From a virus (Duplodnaviria; Caudoviricetes): a stretch of DNA of 64,000 nucleotides. The notes below the pieces were generated by a model. The model saw nothing but the letters and a program-made list of their open reading frames with translations, had not been told where the DNA came from and did no database searches. Shown here piece by piece: positions 36,130 through 43,600 of the stretch; position 1 is the stretch's first letter, and each line of letters starts with the position of its first letter. The stretch is from positions 64,001-128,000 of IMG/VR virus record IMGVR_UViG_3300050142_000050. One strand, written 5' to 3'. The position numbers were made by a program, and so were the translations under genes.

Positions 36130-37629
36130 GTGATCAATCATCATTGGCTTTTCGAGAAGACCACTGAACCCAAGCGCATCTTCGTGCTCCATTCGGGCGG
36201 ACTCGACTCGACCTACATGGTCACCAAGCTCATCGCCGCCGGGCACTTCGTGACAACCGGATATGTCGTGATCGAGAACAACTACACGAAGGTCGAGCGC
36301 GAGAGGAAAGCCATCTCGCATCTGACTACCTTGTTTTACAAATATGCCGAAGAGCACCGCCCGAAGAACGTATTCCACACCGAGTGCGACCTTCTCACAT
36401 ATCGGGTGAAGGGAGAGTGGAATAAAGCACTCGGCTACAAACAGCTACCAGGATTCCTTCTCGGACTACTGGCATCGGTGGATACCCAGCGGTTCGACAT
36501 CGTCGCTATGGGCTATGCACTGGGTGATCAGATGATCTCACACATCAGTGACATCGAGTCGATCTGGAGCGCTTTCGAAGGGGTATGCGTCAGCCCGCTT
36601 CCCAAGCTCGAGTTCCCTCTGAAGACCTTCGCCAAAGCGCATATGGTCGACAACCTCCCGGATGAAGTGTTGGCTCGCATCACGTGGTGTGAATCCGAAG
36701 GTCAGTATGACTTCTGTGGAGTATGCGGCGCATGCGAACGAGCTAAAGCTGACCGCGTGTATATACCGATTAGGCGTCTACGTGATGAGGTCGCCGACGA
36801 GCCCGAAGTAGCCTCCGCTGAGAATGTTAAACTGGAGGCGGCCACCAAATCGGAGATCGATGACAGAAAGGAGTCCGAAGTCACCACTGCCCGTGACGAA
36901 GAATCCGAAATATGGTCCGTATTGGAGCCCGATCTCGATGAAGATCCCCGCCCAGTCGACTCCGAAGATCGTACACTCCTTGATGATCAGGATGACGTGA
37001 TTGTAAGAGAAGAATCACCTCCGGTCGTCGAGGGCGACATTATCATCGAAGAGCGAACTGGGTTCGAAAAATGGTGTACCAACGTCCTCGAACGACGTCT
37101 ACCCGAACCCTCAGATATCGCTGCATCGAAATCTCGTATCAGACTACAAGACGTACGGTCGGTGCGTCAGCATATTACCGAGACTCTTTCTTCACGCTGT
37201 TATACTAAGACGACGGACGAGCTCGTCGGACATTTCTTCGGTATACTACAAAGTGAAGATTTCGTGGTGGATGCCCCAGTTATCGTACAGGCAGACGATT
37301 TCTATTACACCTATAAGTCATTGAATGCGTTCATTGGCTCCCTCTTACAGGGAGATAAGGAAGTCCTCCATATCAAGTTGACAGAATCTGGATATTCGTG
37401 TCTGCATTTCGATTTCGACACGAAAGAAAAGCTCTTTGAGTTCCTCGAAGCCACCACCATCGATCGAGATTCCGTGTTTGTTAAACTCTCCAGTAGGTAT
37501 GGTTGGGGGTCTTCCTATAGGAATCTCAACGAGTTTCTTGCAGCCCATTCGGTAGAGAAGGGTAAGGAATTCCCCATCGCCAGCATTACCTCCGAGTCGG
37601 AAGGTCAGGTGAACCATGAAAGTCGGTGA
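36130..37629 (+). CDS. QueC-like PP-loop ATPase fused to an acidic linker and an unknown C-terminal domain
   Basis: HSGGLDST PP-loop; TWCES...CGVCGAC zinc motif at about aa 190-205. Confidence 0.75.
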   Translation: MINHHWLFEKTTEPKRIFVLHSGGLDSTYMVTKLIAAGHFVTTGYVVIENNYTKVERERKAISHLTTLFYKYAEEHRPKNVFHTECDLLTYRVKGEWNKALGYKQLPGFLLGLLASVDTQRFDIVAMGYALGDQMISHISDIESIWSAFEGVCVSPLPKLEFPLKTFAKAHMVDNLPDEVLARITWCESEGQYDFCGVCGACERAKADRVYIPIRRLRDEVADEPEVASAENVKLEAATKSEIDDRKESEVTTARDEESEIWSVLEPDLDEDPRPVDSEDRTLLDDQDDVIVREESPPVVEGDIIIEERTGFEKWCTNVLERRLPEPSDIAASKSRIRLQDVRSVRQHITETLSSRCYTKTTDELVGHFFGILQSEDFVVDAPVIVQADDFYYTYKSLNAFIGSLLQGDKEVLHIKLTESGYSCLHFDFDTKEKLFEFLEATTIDRDSVFVKLSSRYGWGSSYRNLNEFLAAHSVEKGKEFPIASITSESEGQVNHESR

Positions 37630-38272
37630 TGATAACATCCGCGCACAGGACGTCGGACTGATTGTTTCCCACCTTAGAGAACACTACGAGGGTTGGGTGT
37701 GGTCTATCGGTATATCCGATGAGGGTATCGAGGTGATGATTGCACCTGATGAAACTACACCCAGTGCGGTGGCCAGAATCTTTGCTCGTCATAAAGACGG
37801 ACAAGATGAATTCCGTCACCTATTCCAGCACCGAGCTGTGAACCACACCACTCTGGGTATGTTTGGACTTAATGTGCAGAACGCACTAGAGTCTTTTCTC
37901 GATAACACAAATTTGGTGTATTCTGACATCATCCCTCTGGAGCCAAATGGTCCAGATGGAGACTTTCTGTACGCCAAAATTATAGATGAGCATCAAATTC
38001 CGATGACCGTGGAACGCGCTCTGGCCAATATCCAAATCATCCAGGAGACTACCGAAGGTCTTGAGATCGAAAGACTCTACTTCGGTCAATGCTATCGCTC
38101 ATGCGATGCGTCCATCTACTGGAAGCATCCTGAGTTCGGTGAGGGAGGTTTTGACTGTGATATCAGATCACTCTCAGTATCGGGACCCCTCAAGGAGGTA
38201 ACGACCCTCCTTACTCTTGCATCACGGTGTCCTGAGGTTTTCGAGACGAACAGCTATTCTCATAAAAAATGA
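37616..38272 (+). CDS. Hypothetical protein
   Basis: Overlaps the previous stop; 218 aa. Confidence 0.7.
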   Translation: MKVGDDNIRAQDVGLIVSHLREHYEGWVWSIGISDEGIEVMIAPDETTPSAVARIFARHKDGQDEFRHLFQHRAVNHTTLGMFGLNVQNALESFLDNTNLVYSDIIPLEPNGPDGDFLYAKIIDEHQIPMTVERALANIQIIQETTEGLEIERLYFGQCYRSCDASIYWKHPEFGEGGFDCDIRSLSVSGPLKEVTTLLTLASRCPEVFETNSYSHKK

Positions 38273-38277
38273 AATCC

Positions 38278-38292
38278 CATATCACTCTTATG
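38278..38292 (+). promoter_or_regulatory. Putative early promoter for the RNA locus
   Basis: CATATCAC-TCTT-ATG, with no downstream protein gene. Confidence 0.6.
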
Positions 38293-38344
38293 AATAAATC
38301 GGGATGTCCGACATTGAAAAAATGTTAGTCTGAACGAACCTTAT

Positions 38345-38820
38345 TCTGTTGGAAGAGAGTCATCGATCATACCCCCTCTCTCAGAGCCGACCCCACCTCG
38401 GCGATCGGTGATTTCTCTTCCAACCTATTTGACAACCATGGACCATCCCTCCCGAAGGTCAGACCCGTCCCTCGAGGTCCATGGTTGTCAAATGGATATT
38501 CCAGTTTCACAAAGCAGTGCGGTAACGCACTCGCCCTTTTGTGGTCGCAGTCAGGACAACGATCCTGACTAGAGGGTAACCAGAGGTCGTGAGCTCCACT
38601 CGACTACTTGACATGTACACGACCCCCATGTCAGGTGGAAGAATCTTAACGACCTCTGGTTATTCTATACGAGATTCGCACGACGGCTGATGTAACCACC
38701 GGCGGTTGGGCGAAAGCTCGGTACTCGAATGATTCCTCCTGCATGTCGGCTTAGGACACTGCATGTGGGGGTTGTTCCCTCTTCCTCCTTGGAGGGTAGA
38801 GTCGATCGAGTACCGAGTAC
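38345..38820 (+). ncRNA. Candidate structured ncRNA(s): tandem long hairpins with C-rich loops
   Basis: Stems 38348-38358/38414-38424, 38428-38444/38476-38492 (17 bp perfect), 38577-38590/38649-38662 and 38717-38728/38806-38817. No ORF. Confidence 0.6.
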
Positions 38821-38828
38821 TTATTACT

Positions 38829-38904
<76 letters not shown>

Positions 38905-38909
38905 CAGAT

Positions 38910-39322
38910 TCGGTCTGAGGAGACGCGCCTCTCATCGAGTAGTCGCTGTATATGACACTACTCGCAACAGTGATCAGCAGCTGTAGAAGTCACACCCTCA
39001 CGGTGGTCGAATCTTAGACGTGAGATTCGATAAGAGCTTCAGCTACAACCCCATGGAAACCAGTAGGGCCGCTACTGCGGTGATCGTGTCGGTACGGTAA
39101 CGATGATATAAGTCGCGTCTCTTGTCGCCAGTGCGTAATGTCGCTCTGGCGGAGTCGTGCATCATACGACCCTCCGATAATCTGGATTTCCATGGGGATC
39201 CTATTCCCTACCATTTGATGGATAGACGTAGGGGTGTACCTTATTAACCATCTAGGTCTTCCTGCTCACCGGGGTGATACCGAAAATAAGTCGATCGGTT
39301 TATCCGGTCGATTAGGGTGAGC
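38910..39322 (+). ncRNA. Candidate multi-branched structured ncRNA
   Basis: CCCCATGGAAA/TTTCCATGGGG closing stem enclosing several hairpins, plus TCGAATCT/AGATTCGA, CGAGTAGT/ACTACTCG and CTCACC/GGTGAG stems. Confidence 0.5.
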
Positions 39323-39351
39323 CATTTTTGAGTCTAGTGCAGGAGAAGGTT

Positions 39352-39729
39352 ATGGCCGATATCAAACTGACAGACTCCGCAGAAGCTAAACGCGAGCTGC
39401 GAAACAAGAAAACCTATGAGCTCTTCAAGAAGCTGGTCAATATGTCAGCTTCACAGATCGAGAAATTCCTCGAGACTGATGAGAGTAAGAAGGTAGGCTT
39501 CAAGAAGGAAGGTAGTGATGAGTCAGTAGGACATCAGTCTGGACGACGTATCATCAAGATCCTACGTACACCTAAGTCACAGCTCGATGAGAGTGACTAT
39601 GCCCACATGCGTAAGGTATGTGCATACATCACACGCCATCTGGCTCAAGGTGGTCCTGAGACAAAAAAGGAAACGAGCCGCTGGCGCTATTCCTTGATGA
39701 ACTGGGGACATGATCCCCTCAGGAAATAA
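39352..39729 (+). CDS. DUF3140-family protein
   Basis: VNMSAS.IEKFLETDESKKVG...ESVGHQSGRRII.IL...DYAHMRKV..YITRHLAQ...WRYSLMNWGHDP. Confidence 0.85.
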   Translation: MADIKLTDSAEAKRELRNKKTYELFKKLVNMSASQIEKFLETDESKKVGFKKEGSDESVGHQSGRRIIKILRTPKSQLDESDYAHMRKVCAYITRHLAQGGPETKKETSRWRYSLMNWGHDPLRK

Positions 39730-39737
39730 ACGAATAT

Positions 39738-39825
39738 GGAGGGTACTGAGGTTGGCTCCTCACACGGATTTGAAACCCGTAGGTGCGTTAATTCGCGGAT
39801 GGTTCGATGCCATTGCCCTCCGCCA
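39738..39825 (+). tRNA. tRNA-Ser(UGA), atypical
   Basis: 88 nt; GGAGGGT/GCCCTCC acceptor, G discriminator + CCA, TTTGAAA anticodon loop, long variable arm, GGTTCGATGCC T-arm. Lacks U8/A14. Confidence 0.8.
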
Positions 39826-39950
39826 CAGATAAGGATCTCGTGCTCTCCTTTTCCGTCCTTCATGTGCCTCTACGGAGGCCGTCGGGCGATGTACTTCGGC
39901 ATTACGATGCCGATGGCTTAGAGCGCTATAACGGGATTCTTTAGGGTGAC

Positions 39951-39974
39951 GGGTGAGGGCTTACGCCCTCACCC
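39951..39974 (+). terminator. Terminator closing the RNA locus
   Basis: GGGTGAGGGC-TTAC-GCCCTCACCC, then CCTTATTTTTTT. Confidence 0.85.
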
Positions 39975-40039
39975 TGATCTCCTTATTTTTTTTTATCATA
40001 TGGTGCACTCGCACCTGACAATATCGGAAGGGTATCGAC

Positions 40040-40294
40040 ATGGCTTCTTCTCCCGAAATCGATCAGCTTCAGATGCAAGTACAAGTACTCTCAGATCAAG
40101 TGAGTACCCTCGCACAACGTCTGAGCGGACTCGAAGCTGGAGCTGCGGCGGCTGACATCTCGCGCGGTGCGACCGATCAGTACATCGTCAATCGTATGAA
40201 CAATGACGATGCAGCTGACGCATCGACCTTCGCCGTGATGAGCAGCAAGATTGCTCATCTGGAAGCACGTCTCGCCGGCGCCGGTATCGCATAA
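40040..40294 (+). CDS. Small coiled-coil protein
   Basis: AAGGG RBS; heptad pattern. Confidence 0.7.
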   Translation: MASSPEIDQLQMQVQVLSDQVSTLAQRLSGLEAGAAAADISRGATDQYIVNRMNNDDAADASTFAVMSSKIAHLEARLAGAGIA

Positions 40295-40302
40295 TAACAA
40301 GT

Positions 40303-40328
40303 GGAGGTGGGGTAAAATCCCCACCTCC
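40303..40328 (+). terminator. Terminator hairpin
   Basis: GGAGGTGGGG-TAAAAT-CCCCACCTCC, then CCTTATTTTTTTTT. Confidence 0.8.
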
Positions 40329-40418
40329 TATCACCTTATTTTTTTTTGTATTGATTGATCTCAAAAGTTCAATCTTATGGTTCAATCCTGGACTAACTTC
40401 ATCAAAAAGTTTTCACAT

Positions 40419-40637
40419 ATGGCAATCCAGCTAGGTAGGCGATATCGCCAACGGGGGGCACCCGGCTTCGTCACAGTCAAAGCTACCCTGAATCGACATG
40501 ATCAGGACTACAAGGAAGGGTTCCGGTTCCTCGGATCGAATGGTCGTACCTATCGTGAAGATGGTACCTACAGCTCCACGCGTGGAGCTATTTCAGATCA
40601 CGACCTCATCGAGTGGGTCGATCGTCCTACTGAGTAA
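40419..40637 (+). CDS. Small hypothetical protein
   Basis: ATG 40419; GRTYREDGTY...HDLIEW phage-type motif. Confidence 0.6.
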   Translation: MAIQLGRRYRQRGAPGFVTVKATLNRHDQDYKEGFRFLGSNGRTYREDGTYSSTRGAISDHDLIEWVDRPTE

Positions 40638-40655
40638 CTCGATACTTTTACAAAA

Positions 40656-40686
40656 TGACAGAGGGGGCGATGAGCCCCCTCTGTCA
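40656..40686. terminator. Terminator hairpin between convergent genes
   Basis: TGACAGAGGGGGC-GATGA-GCCCCCTCTGTCA. Confidence 0.8.
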
Positions 40687-40692
40687 GTGTAG

Positions 40693-43600
40693 TTATCCGT
40701 TGAAGAAGATATCGACGAGCTTTGCTTTTCCGACCTCCATGTTCCTCTCTGCGATACCTAGGAGAGGACTCTTCACGATACGGTTGATGATCGAGGTGAG
40801 TGAGAACAGAGCACCCACAGGTACACCCGATTCCGTATAGTGCGATTCTTCGGAAACGTGTGAGATGATTGCCTTATTGGCATTACCGAAACAGAGCTTA
40901 TCTCCAGCTTCAGCCGTGAGAGTCTCTTGGATCATGTATTCCAACAAAACAGTATCCTCAGTGAACTCGATACCCTTGTAATAGGTACCAGGTGCCACAT
41001 ATCCAGGACGCTCAGAGATCTTCGAACCTGGGATAGCAGAGAGAGCAGCGTTCTGTTGACGCTCTTCTTTCTCATATACCTTCAGGATCGATTTGAGGCT
41101 GTCTGAGAGCTCATTTCGGTCACAGGCGTAAAGTATGCGCAGCTTACTTACAGTGCCTGTATAGCCCGCTGTAGGCGTCTGACGACTAAGCTTAGCCATC
41201 AGGTCCAACTTAGACTGCGTCTGGTAGAGTTCAGTCTGCACCATGACGTCATCGCTGATCACACATAGAGGAGTGGTCGTATCGACATGATCACCAGGTT
41301 TGACAGTCGATATGAGGATGGCATTCTTCTGAGTGACCACTGGACACTGGTGAGCAGGCGTCATATTCAGACGATTAGCCATAGCGCGAGTGATCTCGCA
41401 GGCGTCTTCGTGATTACTCCCTTTTTCACACAGAGCCACCGTTTCGATGATACCATGCTTGAACGTCACTTGCTTGGACATCGGATCGGGTACGAAGAAC
41501 CCATCGTTGTAGATGAGGATATCTCCTTCCTTGATCTTCTCTCCCACATGGACATTGACCTTCCTTGTTTGGAGGAGGAATGCCCCTGAGATCTGCGAGT
41601 AAGCATCCTTGTAGGAATAAGACTTCACTTCACCAGGAGTAGTGGTACCGATCAGTTCCAGACGGATGTAGTAGAGACAGCTCTCGCTACCATCTGAGAG
41701 AGCTTTCACCAACTGACTCTGCTTACGCACCAAATCACGATCAGGGATACCATCCACCGAATCACATCGTAGACGAGATACCACCTTACCATAGGTGGAA
41801 TTCGTCAGAGCGAAGATACCGTTGGCTGGATAAGAACCCAGTGACCGCTCGGTGACCAAGATACCGACGAAGTTGTGATCCTTGCGATACTTGTCGATGA
41901 TGGGGTCGGAATAAGGAAGAGTCAGCTTCCGCAAAGGATCGATAGGCTTATCAGCATATCGGACCCGCAGTACCTTAGCTTTCTCATCGATAGACTCGAC
42001 TACGCCATCTGCTTCAGCAGCGATAGCGAATGTGTCACTGACCAGATGAGGAAGAACCGCATCATACCCAGTACGCACAGAAGCTGTCTCACCATCTCCA
42101 TGGTTAGGTACATAGTGAGAGATCTGGATGCTCAGGTAGGAAGCACGCTTACCATCGTCCGTGGTACCACCAGGCATCACGTTAGTACCGATGGCGAGCA
42201 TCTGAGGAGCTTCTAGCTCATCACCCTCCTTATACGCCTTAGGGATACCGTGGACGTTGTCGATGTTAGGAGATGCCGACAGATAGGAGGTGATACCTAC
42301 CTTACCAGAGTCAGGTACAGCATCAGAGACGATACCTAAACCATCCTTGGGGTAGATACGAGACTCCTGTGTGATAGCATCCGCAGATCGACCGCCACGA
42401 CCCGTGAAGGTGTAGTTAGCAGACTGTTTCACTTCATGGATTGGATTGATCGTGTCGTTGATCGCCACAGTAGCATCCTGGACGATCTTCTGGAAGACAT
42501 CTTCAGGATTGATCGAGAATGACTTCTTACCATTGGTACGACGCCACCTGGAGAATTCCTTGAAGATAGACTCATAGACGATCCCATTCCACCGTTCAAA
42601 CTTACGGAAGCGGTGGTTAGCGATAGACGCCGTATCGATCGCGTAATAGTCGGTGACCATCATGTTTGCACGGAGTAAGAGAGCTGACCACACGGTCGGC
42701 TCGCTCATATCCCGCAGGACGGTCTCGGTGATGGGATCAACAAAGAAATCGACGAATTGTGTAACCGTCTGGATAGTCCCAGGCTTCATCTTCTTGGACA
42801 CCAGTACCTTTGTGTAAGGAGCTGGGAAGTTCAAGTCCTTGAAGTTGATATCCTTGAGATCAGCCCAAGTCAAACCGGCTGCGATCAAAGACCGCTGGAG
42901 GGGATATCGGTTAAAGACCAAGAAACCATCAGCGAAGCGGATCGAGATATCATCGATCCCGATCACGGGTCGGTTACCACTCGAATAGAAACGATACTGG
43001 AGATTGATCTTCTTGAACAGATTCTCCAGACCCATCTCATATCCCAAGGTGAATACCAGAGGGATCTTCTCACCCGGGAAACTGACGAGCGTGTATTCAT
43101 TAACCTGCTTTTGGAGACCAGCCTCACTACCCAGTACATCGACCAAGAGTTGGTTGAAGGACTTCCAATGAGAAAGCTCCTCACCCTTGTGCGATACTTT
43201 ACGAATGGAGTTCTTAAAGTCCCAGAACAGGAGCTCCATATCACTCGTGATACCGACAAAGATACCAAACTTCGATGACAGAGATGTCGCCACCTTTTGG
43301 ATAGCCGACATCCGATCAGTGATAGGTGCACCATCCTGACCGAAGTAGAAGGTCATACCTCCCACAGTGATCTCAGTGAAGCCCTTACTGATCGCTGAAT
43401 AGTCATAGGGGAGAGGCTTTACGGGATCTTCAGCCTTACCCACCTGAGCAGTGAGCATACCTTCTGCGCGCAGTTTCAGGATATGAGCGATGATCACGTG
43501 TTCGAAACTATTACGCTTCGATTCCACACGTGATACGAGCACCTTCCCGAAGTGCGAAGAGAGGGATACTTCACTATCACTGATCTTACAGATCGGAAGA

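Noticed and set aside
38686-38716. CTGATG...CGAAA resembling a hammerhead ribozyme core or c-di-GMP-I riboswitch
   Set aside because: CUGAUG is followed by U rather than the conserved A, stem II does not abut GAAA, and no matching stems I/III or GEMM P1 were found.
38905-39325. tmRNA or RNase P RNA
   Set aside because: No tRNA-Ala-like ends or tag ORF, and no GAAAGUCC-type P4 consensus seen.
39738-39825. Selenocysteine tRNA, suggested by the long D-stem and variable arm
   Set aside because: The anticodon is UGA (reads UCA), not UCA, and acceptor/T stems are 7/5 rather than 8/5.
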